Shown in pieces: positions 30,717 through 40,300 of a stretch of DNA of 52,842 bases. The DNA lies in assembly GCA_029941235.1 (NCBI GenBank), contig JAPYQM010000011.1:4677-57518 (forward strand). The letters are read 5' to 3'. The notes under the pieces were generated by a model that made no database searches, had not been told where the DNA came from, and saw only the letters and a program-made list of their open reading frames with translations. Origin of the DNA: Myxococcota bacterium. GTDB lineage: Bacteria; Myxococcota_A; UBA9160; UBA4427. The first letter of the stretch is position 1; each line of letters begins with the position of its first letter. The position numbers were made by a program, and so were the translations under genes.

Positions 30717-32074
30717 GAGTTCTCCGGCGCCACCACCGCGCGGTAGGCCTCGATGGCCCGAAGGCCGCGCGCCGCCAGCGCTTCGTTTTTTTCGCGCTTG
30801 GGCTGTTTGCGCGGACGATCGGGACCACGGGGACGATCGAGGGGCGGAAAGAGCCCGAAGTTCACGTTCATCGGCTGAAAGTCTCGGGCACTCGAATTTC
30901 CCAAATGCGCGAGCAGCGCCCCATGGGCGGTTTCCGGCGGCGGCTTGACCCAATGGAGCCCCTGAGCCGAGCGAGCTGCATTGGTACCCGCCATGCCGCC
31001 CAGCGCAGCGGACTCCACATAGCCCTCAACCCCAGCCATCTGGCCAGCAAGATAGAGTCCTTTTCTTGCCTTCAGCTCCAGACTCGGCTCCAACCGAAGC
31101 GGTGCGTTCACGTACGTGTTCCGGTGGACCGAACCAAAGCGCGCGAAGACCGCCTTCTCCAAACCGGGCAGCGTGCGAAAAATTCTCTTCTGTTCGCCGA
31201 TCCGAAGCTTGGTCTGGAACCCGACCAGATTGAAGAGAACCCCGGCCTCATCCTCTTGGCGGAGCTGGACGACGGCATGAGAGCGTTTGCCCGTCCTTGG
31301 GTTGATCAGCCCGACGGGCTTCATCGGTCCGTAGGCGAGGGTTTCAGCGCCCCGGCGGGCCATTTCCTCAATGGGCAGGCACCCCTCGAAATAGAGCGCC
31401 TTCTCAAATTTGTGCAGGGGAACTGTCTCGGCCTCGAGCAAGTTCGAAACGAACGCTCGATATTGCTCGCCGTTCAGCGGCACGTTGAGGTAATCCCCCT
31501 CCCCCTCTTCGTAGCGGGAGGCACGAAAAACGATGCTGTGGTCGATTGAATCCGCGTAAATCGTCGGCGCGATCGCATCATAAAAATAGAGGTACTCTTC
31601 CCCGAGCAACCGTTGCAGATTCCGAGCCAGCTCGGGTGCCGTCAATGGCCCTGTAGCGAGCACCACCAAGGGATCGTCGGGAATTTCCGGCACGAGTTCC
31701 CTGCGCAATTCAATTCGGGGGTTGTCTTCGATCGCCCGGGTGACGTATTGGGCGAACCCCGTCCGGTCCACCGCAAGCGCTCGACCCGCCGGAACAGCAG
31801 TGGCGTCGGCGGCCTCGATGATGAGCGAACCCAGGCAACGCATTTCTTCCTTGAGGAGCCCAACCGCATTGTGGGTAGGGCTCGCCCGAAGTGAGTTGCT
31901 GCAGACCAGCTCGGCAAGATCCTCGGAGATATGGGCCGGCGAAAGACGCTCGGGTTTCATGTCGTAGAGAACGACTTCAACTCCCCGGCGCGACGCTTGC
32001 CAAGCCGCCTCGCAGCCCGCGAGCCCTCCGCCCACCACGAGCAGCCGAGGGGATTTCCCCTGCATGAAACTCAT
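30713..32074 (-). CDS. trmFO: tRNA (uracil-54-C5) methyltransferase TrmFO (Gid)
   Basis: GGGLAGCEAA, AELVCSNS, YFEGCLPIE, GPMKPVGL, FQPMNVNFGL. Start ATG 32074 or 32065. Confidence 0.96.
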   Translation of the reverse strand: MSFMQGKSPRLLVVGGGLAGCEAAWQASRRGVEVVLYDMKPERLSPAHISEDLAELVCSNSLRASPTHNAVGLLKEEMRCLGSLIIEAADATAVPAGRALAVDRTGFAQYVTRAIEDNPRIELRRELVPEIPDDPLVVLATGPLTAPELARNLQRLLGEEYLYFYDAIAPTIYADSIDHSIVFRASRYEEGEGDYLNVPLNGEQYRAFVSNLLEAETVPLHKFEKALYFEGCLPIEEMARRGAETLAYGPMKPVGLINPRTGKRSHAVVQLRQEDEAGVLFNLVGFQTKLRIGEQKRIFRTLPGLEKAVFARFGSVHRNTYVNAPLRLEPSLELKARKGLYLAGQMAGVEGYVESAALGGMAGTNAARSAQGLHWVKPPPETAHGALLAHLGNSSARDFQPMNVNFGLFPPLDRPRGPDRPRKQPKREKNEALAARGLRAIEAYRAVVAPENS

Positions 32075-32178
32075 TCTGACCGCACCTCTCCGGAAAATCC
32101 CGCCGATCCACGGACACCTGGCCGAGAACTCAAGCCCAGCGGGAGGATAGCCCATCGCCGGGCTTGCCTTGCCGCCAC

Positions 32179-33342
32179 TCAGACCCGACCGCGAAGCCGC
32201 CGCCGTGACGGCGGGATCGCGTGCAATCGGCCGTCTCGATCCGCTTCGATCCAGCCATCAATCTCGAGTCCCATCAAGCCCAGGGCGAGCCGTCCTTCGG
32301 CCCAGCCGAGTTCGCGGCCCAGCCCATCGCGGTGGAGGGCCTCCTCGCGCAGTCGGAGATAGATTCGGGCCTGGTCGGGATCGGAGGGCTCGGCTTCGGT
32401 TGCCCGACCCAAAGCCGGAACCGGGTTTGAGTCAAGACTGAAAGGCGAGGAAACCGCCTCGAGGACATCCGAGGGCTCGAGAACCGGACGGGCCCCGTCC
32501 CGGAGCAGAGCATTCGAACCCGCAGCATGAATCGAATCGATGCGGCCCGGCACAACAAGAACCTCTCTGCCTTGGTTCAATGCGTGGCGCGCCGTAATGA
32601 GCGAGCCGCTCTTCCGCCGGGCTTCTACAACCACCACCGCCTGAACGAGCCCGCTGATCAACCGATTCCGCAGGGGGAAATGGGGAGCGGCAGGAGGGCG
32701 GCCCAGGGGAAGCTCGCTGATCACGGCTCCCGAGCGAGCAATTCGCTCGGCCAATTCCCGATGCTCGGGAGGGTAGACCCGATCTGGCCCCGAACCCATG
32801 ACCGCCAAAGTGCGCCCGGGGGCGGCGAGCGCTCCGCGATGAGCCGCCGCATCAACCCCCCGCGCCAGCCCGGAAACGACCACGAAGCCGGCCTCGGCCA
32901 GCGCGCAGCCCAACTCTTCGGCCACGCCCCGCCCGTAACTCGTTGCGGCACGGGCACCGACGATGGCGATCGAAGGCCTCCCCAGATCGGCCGGATCGCC
33001 GCGTATCAGGAGCACGGGCGGCGGATCGGCGAGAGCCCGCAACGAAAGGGGGTAGGAATTCGCGGTGAGAGGGAGTGCCCGGATGCCGTGCTCTCCCATG
33101 ACGCGAATCCAGCCCGCGACCTCATGACCGCCCCGGGGCAGACTTTTTCCGCTGCGAGCAAGCGCTGCGACCGGATCGCCTCCCGTTGCTACCAGACAAT
33201 CCCGGGCGAGTACTGGCGCCAGACAAAGCGCGGATTGAAACTGCAACCAGGCTCCAAGCAATTCCTGGGTAGCGGCTCTCTCATCCGTGGGATCGAGTAC
33301 ATCCGGTGACTGAACGTCCCGAGTCAATCCGATTTCGCACAT
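32179..33342 (-). CDS. dprA: DNA-processing protein DprA
   Basis: IAIVGAR, VVSGLARGVDAAAHRGAL, FPLRNRLISGL, SGSLITA, GSNALLRDGA. Confidence 0.95.
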   Translation of the reverse strand: MCEIGLTRDVQSPDVLDPTDERAATQELLGAWLQFQSALCLAPVLARDCLVATGGDPVAALARSGKSLPRGGHEVAGWIRVMGEHGIRALPLTANSYPLSLRALADPPPVLLIRGDPADLGRPSIAIVGARAATSYGRGVAEELGCALAEAGFVVVSGLARGVDAAAHRGALAAPGRTLAVMGSGPDRVYPPEHRELAERIARSGAVISELPLGRPPAAPHFPLRNRLISGLVQAVVVVEARRKSGSLITARHALNQGREVLVVPGRIDSIHAAGSNALLRDGARPVLEPSDVLEAVSSPFSLDSNPVPALGRATEAEPSDPDQARIYLRLREEALHRDGLGRELGWAEGRLALGLMGLEIDGWIEADRDGRLHAIPPSRRRLRGRV

Positions 33343-33438
33343 TGGGGAGGCTCCCGGGGACCGGGAATCACCTTATTAGCAAAATTTCCATCGAAGCAAA
33401 ATCGGCGAGCCCTGAGCCTCTCCCAACCCGGGAAAAAA

Positions 33439-34584
33439 TCAGCGCCGGGCGACTCGGGGGGCGACGGGACGAACCTGATCGCCCACTTCCAGAGCTCGTT
33501 TCGAGCCGACCACGTAGCCGACGGCGGTGTTCGGACTGACCTCAACGACCACTAGGCTGGCGTCGGTTCGATCGGGGGTCATCACCTTCTTCGATCGCAC
33601 ACGTTCTTCGCGGATCGAGCCCGGACTGAAGACTTCCATTTCAGAACCCAGATCCAGTCCATCCGAAGTGCCTCGATTCAGATAGACATAGTCCCCGTCC
33701 GCAACCTGACTTCGACCCTCGGGAATGAACACGATATTGCCCTCGGCTGCGCCAGGCGTGGACTTCACCTCGACCTCCAGCCGGGGCGAAATCCGAGGAA
33801 TCAACCGATCTCCCCGAGCAATCTCCGATCGGGACATTCGAATTTCGGCCGTCGCCGAATCGCCCTTGACCTCCCGAACCACAAGCCAACCGAGAATGTC
33901 CACGTGGTAACCCAGCTGTCGGCCGCGGCGAATATCATAGACGGGCTCGGCGTCGCGAAAGAGTGTCAACTCATCGCCAACAGCAACCTCGCCCATTCCC
34001 TGCCCGATATAGACGATATCGCCTCCCGCCAACCACTCCCGGGCGCTCGGGGATCCGACGATACTGGTTGCCGCTTCAACCGCAGAGCGGCTCACGAATC
34101 CCATCGCACCGCGCTCGGCCACACGAATACTCCGGCTGGACGGAAGCGGCTCGGCGATGACCTCCTCCACCGCTTCGACGACTTCCTCGGAGACAGCGTC
34201 GCTCTGTTGGTCGCGGGCGGCGATCATGGCATTGGCCCGTTCCCGAGTGATCTTGCGCATTTCGCCCGCAGTAATCCAGATGCGATCTTCGGGCACAATC
34301 AGGTGGGGGTTTTCAATATCATCGTTGTCCCGCCAGACCGCTGGCCACACCCAGGCCGTCCCCAGATAGGTGGAAGAAATATCCCAGAGCGTATCGCCGG
34401 TAATCACCGTGTGAATTCGCCCCACGTTGCCGTTCTCGTCCACGGCCCATGGGCCGAGTGTTGGATCCGGCGAGGTGCTGAGAACCGGAGCGTCACCGGG
34501 GCCCGGCACCGCGACGGACTCGGCGTAAGGAGCCCCCACAGCAAGGGTTTGGGCTAGGACAATCAGGGAAAGCCATGCTCTCAT
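33439..34584 (-). CDS. LysM peptidoglycan-binding protein, TsaP-like
   Basis: Signal peptide; HTVITGDTLWDISSTYLG...WPAVW...IENPHLIVP; beta-rich C-terminus (GDIVYI, GDYVYLNRG); adjacent to dprA. Confidence 0.85.
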   Translation of the reverse strand: MRAWLSLIVLAQTLAVGAPYAESVAVPGPGDAPVLSTSPDPTLGPWAVDENGNVGRIHTVITGDTLWDISSTYLGTAWVWPAVWRDNDDIENPHLIVPEDRIWITAGEMRKITRERANAMIAARDQQSDAVSEEVVEAVEEVIAEPLPSSRSIRVAERGAMGFVSRSAVEAATSIVGSPSAREWLAGGDIVYIGQGMGEVAVGDELTLFRDAEPVYDIRRGRQLGYHVDILGWLVVREVKGDSATAEIRMSRSEIARGDRLIPRISPRLEVEVKSTPGAAEGNIVFIPEGRSQVADGDYVYLNRGTSDGLDLGSEMEVFSPGSIREERVRSKKVMTPDRTDASLVVVEVSPNTAVGYVVGSKRALEVGDQVRPVAPRVARR

Positions 34585-34797
34585 TGGAGTTCTCCGGGGG
34601 TAGGTAAGGCACGATCGACGTGGCTCGCCGCCCCTCAGCGATCGCACGCGCGCTCAGGATAAGTCGAACAGCCCGGAGTCGCCCGCGGACCCTGGAGTAT
34701 TTGCCGGTCTTGAAAGCTTCATTTCAAGTCAAGAGCAGCGGAATACACCCACGCGAGACCGCGACTGGGCCAACGGTCGAAACATTCTCATTCCGCC

Positions 34798-34825
34798 TTA
34801 TCGGCGAGTTCACGAGCCTGCTTGA
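34798..34825 (-). promoter_or_regulatory. Putative sigma28-like promoter upstream of the LysM/dprA run
   Basis: Minus strand TCAAG-N15-GCCGATAA; perfect sigma28 -10 octamer. Confidence 0.4.
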
Positions 34826-34892
34826 TACCCCGCGGCCACTTGAATGCGCGTCCCTTGGGGGACTCGCCTCGACTCGGGTTCGGCGGCCCCAA

Positions 34893-37394
34893 TCAACTCG
34901 CCGCCTGCAGCCTTGCGATTTCCCTCTGCACACGCTCTGCCCACGGGGGGGGGGGAGCATCCTTGGCCAAGCTCCCGCTCTCCCGAAGGCCATCGATGTC
35001 GTTGATCGCAGCCTGCAGGCTATCCAAGGCCTTGGACTTGTCCCCCGAGGCCTCGTAGGCCTGGGACAAATGAAGGCGAATTTCGCCAATGGCGACATCG
35101 TCGGCTCCCGCCACACTCACCGCTTCCCGTAGATACCCAATCGCCGCGGAGTGAACGCCCCGCTTGTAAAGCACCCAGCCAAGGGTATCCGCGGCGCTGG
35201 CGCTGTCGGGAAGCGCGGCCTTGGCTTCCTGGGACAGCTTGAGGGCCCGGTCAAGATCACGACCCTCTTCGGCCATCATGTAGGCGAGATTGTTCTTTGT
35301 TTGGGCCAGGTTTCCATCCTTCTGCAACGCCATTTCGTACTGCTCGCTCGCTTTCTTGGCATCGCCGGTCATTTCATAGAGAACGCCGAGAAAGTGACGG
35401 ATGCTCGCATTCTCAGGATTCTGGTCACTGGCACTGACATACTGCTTGAGGGCCATGTCCAGCTGGCCTGCCGACGCGTAGATACGGGCCAACTGGTTGT
35501 ACGACTCGACCCGGCCCGGCTCCAATTCGATCGCCTTCTCGAAAGCCGTGGTCGCGCCTTCGAGATCTCGAACTCGAATCCCTGCCAGACCAAAGACATG
35601 CCAGAGATCCGCGGAATCCGGACTGGCCTGCAGGGCCTCGTCGATCAATTGAAGACCGATCTCAACCTGTCCTTCGGCATCGTGTACGGCGAGTAGTGAA
35701 TTCAGAATATTGGGATCGTGAGGCCGTTCCTTGTTGGCGAGGACGAAGGCCTCACGCGCTTCGCGAACCTGACCCTGGGCCATTGCGACCCGCCCGATCG
35801 CGAACAGCGCTTCGACACTCCGTCCATCCTCGGGAATCCCTTCGAGAGTTTCCGTGGCCTCATCGAACATCCCCAACCGCACCATGCTCTGAGCCAACAG
35901 GATCCGCGTCTCTTCGTCTTCAGGCTCACGCTCGAGATAGCGTCGACCATTCTGAATCGCATATTCGTGTTCGCCCAGTTCGGCATGGACCCGAACAAGG
36001 AGCTTTCGCGCTGACTTGAGGCCAGAGTTGAGTTCCACGGACCGAGCGAGTTCCGCCCTCGCCCGATGGAGGTCCCCTGTCATGAGCAGCGCCGAGCCCA
36101 AGACAAAATGCGCTTGGGCCCAATCGGGCTTGGCCGCGATGGCATCGCGAAGCACTTCGATAGCCTGCTCAGCGTTGCCCTGGGCAATTTCGGATTTTCC
36201 CCGAACAAATGCGGCTTCAGCGTTTGAAGGGTCTTCCTTGGTCACGGCGTCGACGATCGCGACGGCTTCGGCCACCTGCTCCTCGTTGCCGTTGCGGAGA
36301 CCGAGATCGATCAACAGTTCGGCCTTTCGGAGCCTCGCCAAGGTGCTGTTGGGGTCTGCCTCGGCGGCCTTCTCGGCGGCCTCCAGCGCCGCGCTGAGAT
36401 CCCCCTGGCGGCCTCGCAAATTCGAGAGGGCAAGCCACGGTTCAGGGTCGCTATCATCAAAAGTTGTTGCGAGCTCCAAAATCTCATTGGCCTTTTCGTC
36501 TTCACCGATGGATCGGTAGTGCCGGAGCAGTGCGTCGCTGAGCCGTTTCTTGTCAGCGCTCACCTCCTTGATTCCGCGATCAAGAATCGCCGTCCCCTCT
36601 TCTTCGCGCTCGCGCTCAAAATAGAAGAGGCCGAGATTGATGAACGCCCCGACGAGATGAGGATTCTGCTCGCCTTCTTCTCCGGGCTCAGCCGCGAGGA
36701 GAAGCGCTTCATTTAGGTTCGATTCAACTTCTTCGTAGCGCTCTTGAGCCATCAACAAGTTGGCGAGATGATTACGAACCATAGGCCCATCGTCACGCGC
36801 GATCGCTTCGACGAACTGAGCTTCGGCCCGCTCAGCGTCTTCGATCTTCGCGTAGTAGACCGCAAGCGCGATCCTGTAGTTCGCATTGTCGGGTTCCAAC
36901 TCGACTGCCCGAAGTAGATCCGGTTCGGATTCCTCTGATCGGCCGAGGGAATCAAGAGCCCCTGCGCGAACCAGGTGCCCCGGAGCGCTGTCCGGAGCAA
37001 GCTGGATGATTGCATCCGCCTGCTCAAGAGCCAGGTCAAAATTCTGGGCCGCGATGGAAATAGCCGCATAGGTGAGCCGTGAGTCGACGTCGTCCGGGGC
37101 CAGGCGAATCGTTTCGCTGAGTTCCCAGTAGCCCTCTTTCAGTTTGTCCGAACTCAGGTAGGCGTTTGCCAGCGCTCGGTGGGCCTCCGTGGCATTGGGG
37201 TCGATCTGAAGCACATTTCTATACTCAATAATCGCTTCGTTGAGTTGCCCCGCCTCCTTGTACGCATCCCCTCGCTTCATGAAATCCGCACGTTTTTCTT
37301 CATCGCTCGTGCAGCCCGATAGAACGGCGAAAAACGCGGCGAACAGGAACAGGAGACGTCCGATACCAGGAAATTTCTGTGCAACGAAACTCAT
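34893..37394 (-). CDS. Large TPR-repeat lipoprotein (PrsT-like, PEP-CTERM system associated)
   Basis: Lipobox LSGC; AIIEYRNVLQIDP; many TPRs; C-terminal NNLAY...DTLGWVLY; adjacent to an EPS/exosortase locus. Confidence 0.8.
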   Translation of the reverse strand: MSFVAQKFPGIGRLLFLFAAFFAVLSGCTSDEEKRADFMKRGDAYKEAGQLNEAIIEYRNVLQIDPNATEAHRALANAYLSSDKLKEGYWELSETIRLAPDDVDSRLTYAAISIAAQNFDLALEQADAIIQLAPDSAPGHLVRAGALDSLGRSEESEPDLLRAVELEPDNANYRIALAVYYAKIEDAERAEAQFVEAIARDDGPMVRNHLANLLMAQERYEEVESNLNEALLLAAEPGEEGEQNPHLVGAFINLGLFYFEREREEEGTAILDRGIKEVSADKKRLSDALLRHYRSIGEDEKANEILELATTFDDSDPEPWLALSNLRGRQGDLSAALEAAEKAAEADPNSTLARLRKAELLIDLGLRNGNEEQVAEAVAIVDAVTKEDPSNAEAAFVRGKSEIAQGNAEQAIEVLRDAIAAKPDWAQAHFVLGSALLMTGDLHRARAELARSVELNSGLKSARKLLVRVHAELGEHEYAIQNGRRYLEREPEDEETRILLAQSMVRLGMFDEATETLEGIPEDGRSVEALFAIGRVAMAQGQVREAREAFVLANKERPHDPNILNSLLAVHDAEGQVEIGLQLIDEALQASPDSADLWHVFGLAGIRVRDLEGATTAFEKAIELEPGRVESYNQLARIYASAGQLDMALKQYVSASDQNPENASIRHFLGVLYEMTGDAKKASEQYEMALQKDGNLAQTKNNLAYMMAEEGRDLDRALKLSQEAKAALPDSASAADTLGWVLYKRGVHSAAIGYLREAVSVAGADDVAIGEIRLHLSQAYEASGDKSKALDSLQAAINDIDGLRESGSLAKDAPPPPWAERVQREIARLQAAS

Positions 37395-37572
37395 CGTCAA
37401 ACCTCAACTTAAACCGGGGTGGGCCCGGAGCGAATTTTCGGAATTATGAAACTGCGCTATTCGGAACTCAAATTCCACAGAACTCGACAAGCCTGGAATC
37501 GATGACCACCCGAGCGCGCGAAATCGGGCCGTCGACGCCTCACAACCATAGCAGACGGAGCTTCAGCTCATG

Positions 37573-37601
37573 AGCCGGCCCTGAGAAGGCACAGCCCGGC
37601 T
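37573..37601. other. GC-rich hairpin directly after the manC stop
   Basis: AGCCGG...CCGGCT outer stem with inner CTG/CAG; no U-tract on the minus strand, so a terminator role is unproven. Confidence 0.3.
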
Positions 37602-37602
37602 T

Positions 37603-38766
37603 TCACGTCAGATCCTTGCGCCCGCCCTTCGCAAGGGTGGCCACCAGCTTTCGGACTTCATGGCTGCGGTCAATGTCGGCGATCAAAATGGCGTCCTCGG
37701 TATCTACGACCACCAACCCCTCAACCCCAAGCAGGGCAACCAGACGCTCTCCGCCCCAAACGAGATTCGAAGCCGAGTCCTCGAGCAGAACTTCACCTCC
37801 CAAAACGCGATTTCCATCATCCCCACCGGCCCGGCGACCCGACGTCCTTACCCCGCGGACGAGTCGATCCGCGGGGGTACGACTGCCTACGCCGAGTTCC
37901 TCCCCGAGCGATGCCCAGGTTCCCACGTCGCTCCACGCAAAATCAACGGGCAACGTCCAGACTTTTCGACTCCTCTCCATGACCGCAATATCGATAGGAA
38001 CGGATGGGGCACGCCGATACGCGGCTGCCACGGCGCTCGAATTTCGACCCTGAGGTTTGCTCCTGAGCGGTGAAAGCGCGCGATGCAAATCGGGCGCGCA
38101 GACCTCGATCTCTCCCAGCATCGTCGCTGCTGAAAAGACAAAAACTCCGGCGTTCCAAAGATACTGGCTGGATGCTAGATAGCGTTGCGCCCGCTTCGCG
38201 TCGGGCTTTTCTACAAAACGACGAACTCGATACAATCCGGGAAAAGAACCTCCCGCACTTTTCCCCTGCTGTATGTAGCCGTATCCCGTGTCTGGGCGAG
38301 TGGGTATGACTCCAAGTGTCACCAAAACCCCGGCCGAGGCGGCAGCCCGGGCACAGCGCCGCATCGAAGCCGCGAATGCCCGGCCGTCCGGAATATGATG
38401 ATCCGCAGAAAGAATGGCCAAAACACTTCCGGAATCCTCAGCCTCTATTCTCTGGGCCGCCCATGCCACAGCCATCGCGGTATTTTTCCGAGAAGGCTCA
38501 ATCAGCACCCTTTGAGCGGGGAGGCCCGACTCCTCCCTGATTGCCTTCGCGTGTTCCTTCCCGCACACGATCCAAACTTGATCTTCTCCGGCGAATTTCT
38601 TTGCACGGCTCATAGTCGCGGCCAACAGCGATGTCCCCCCAACCACGCGCATCAAGGGTTTCGGGTACTTCCGACGCGATGCTGGCCAAAAACGTTCACC
38701 CGCTCCACCCGCAAGAATCACGGCATGAACCGAAGGTCGACCAACCTTCTGTTTCTTCGCGACCAT
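37603..38766 (-). CDS. manC: Mannose-1-phosphate guanylyltransferase (no cupin/PMI domain)
   Basis: AVILAGGAGERFWPASRRKYPK, EPSRKNTA, SADHHI, TGYGYI, FVEKPD, WNAG, WSDVGTW. Confidence 0.9.
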   Translation of the reverse strand: MVAKKQKVGRPSVHAVILAGGAGERFWPASRRKYPKPLMRVVGGTSLLAATMSRAKKFAGEDQVWIVCGKEHAKAIREESGLPAQRVLIEPSRKNTAMAVAWAAQRIEAEDSGSVLAILSADHHIPDGRAFAASMRRCARAAASAGVLVTLGVIPTRPDTGYGYIQQGKSAGGSFPGLYRVRRFVEKPDAKRAQRYLASSQYLWNAGVFVFSAATMLGEIEVCAPDLHRALSPLRSKPQGRNSSAVAAAYRRAPSVPIDIAVMERSRKVWTLPVDFAWSDVGTWASLGEELGVGSRTPADRLVRGVRTSGRRAGGDDGNRVLGGEVLLEDSASNLVWGGERLVALLGVEGLVVVDTEDAILIADIDRSHEVRKLVATLAKGGRKDLT

Positions 38767-38780
38767 CGTTGAAGCCCTTC

Positions 38781-40100
38781 TCACCTGCGCCCGATTCCCC
38801 AATACTCGATGCCACTCTCGCGCACAGTCTGAGGGTTATAAATATTCCGCAAGTCAACGAGTTTTGGTTGCCTTAGCAGTTCCTTGATCCGGCGCAGATC
38901 AAGCGCCCGAAATTCATTCCACTCAGTAACGATTACCAAAACATCAGCGCCATCGGACGCGTCGTAGGCATCCTCGCAGAGCACAAGTTCGGGAAGTTCT
39001 CGAGAGGCCGGATCCATGGCCCGAGGGTCGAAGGCCCGGATCTGAGCCCCCTCTTTCAAAAGAGCTCGAATGATGGCCAGAGAAGGACTTTCCCGGACGT
39101 CGTCTGTCTCGGGCTTGAAGGAAAGGCCCAAGAGTCCCACAACTTTCCCCTTCAATTGTCCATCGCACGCACTCGCAATCTTTCCGGTGGCGTAGTCGAG
39201 TTGACGACCATTCGCCCTCATAGCGGCTTCGACAATTTCGAACTTCCGACCCAACTCCCTGACGGTGTGAGCCGCCGCCCGCGTATCCTTGGGGAAGCAC
39301 GAGCCTCCATATCCTGGCCCCGCATGGAGAAACTTGGAGCCAATCCGGCGGTCGAGACCCATCGCCCGGGCGACACTTTGGACATCCCCGCCTACGTCGT
39401 CGCAGAGCAGTGAAAGTTCGTTGACGAATGAAACTTTTGTCGCAAGGAATGCATTCGCCGCATACTTCGATATCTCAGAACTCACCAAATCTGTGAAAAC
39501 GAAAGGAGTCTCATTGAGAAACAGCGGTCGATAGAGATCCTTCATGATCGCCAATGCTTGATCGTCTCCTGGCTCGGTGCCCACAACAACCCTGTCGGGT
39601 CGGAGAAAATCACCAATCGCGGCCCCTTCTCGAAGGAATTCCGGATTCGAAACAACGCTAAAATGAACTTCCCGGCCAGCCGCTTTAAGTTCTTCCTCGA
39701 TCCATCCCCGTATTTTCTGCGACGTGCCCACAGGGACTGTGCTCTTTGTGACGACTACCTTGTAGCCGTCGAGATTTCGGCCGATTTCCCGGGCCGCCGC
39801 TTCAACGAATCTGAGATCGGCGCTTCCATCTTCTGCAGACGGGGTACCCACTGCAATGAATGCAATTAAGGCTCCTCGGATCGCTTCATCGCGATCGGCG
39901 GTGAAGAAGAGTCGCTCCGCCTCAATACTGCGTCGGACAAGGTCGGAAAGCCCGGGTTCGTACATCTCGACTCGACCAGAACCCAGTGCGGCGATTTTAT
40001 CGGCATCGGTATCCGTACACGTGACGCGAAGCCCAAACTCCGAAAAGCAAGCCCCCGTCACGATTCCCACATATCCGCAACCGATCACGCAGACATTCAT
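38781..40100 (-). CDS. ugd: UDP-glucose/GDP-mannose dehydrogenase family protein
   Basis: GCGYVG, KSTVPVGT, SNPEFLREG, KYAANAFLA, GYGGSCFPKD, FKPETDDVRES. Confidence 0.92.
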   Translation of the reverse strand: MNVCVIGCGYVGIVTGACFSEFGLRVTCTDTDADKIAALGSGRVEMYEPGLSDLVRRSIEAERLFFTADRDEAIRGALIAFIAVGTPSAEDGSADLRFVEAAAREIGRNLDGYKVVVTKSTVPVGTSQKIRGWIEEELKAAGREVHFSVVSNPEFLREGAAIGDFLRPDRVVVGTEPGDDQALAIMKDLYRPLFLNETPFVFTDLVSSEISKYAANAFLATKVSFVNELSLLCDDVGGDVQSVARAMGLDRRIGSKFLHAGPGYGGSCFPKDTRAAAHTVRELGRKFEIVEAAMRANGRQLDYATGKIASACDGQLKGKVVGLLGLSFKPETDDVRESPSLAIIRALLKEGAQIRAFDPRAMDPASRELPELVLCEDAYDASDGADVLVIVTEWNEFRALDLRRIKELLRQPKLVDLRNIYNPQTVRESGIEYWGIGRR

Positions 40101-40300
40101 TTCTCACGCTCCTCAAAATTCGACCCTGACAAAACGTCCGGTTGAATTCTAGTCGAAAACTGAATATTCCACCCTCTCAGCCAAAGGAACCGCCCGGTGC
40201 TATCGCGAATAGGCAGACACCCTTGACACGAATTTCCAGGGACGGCTCGTCGCTCCCGACGAGAACCCTACCCAGCAGCGGCGAGATCGTTCAAGATTGC

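Noticed and set aside
40185..40200. ops/JUMPStart element upstream of ugd
   Set aside because: GGCGGTTC only partly matches GGCGGTAG and there is no flanking JUMPStart similarity.
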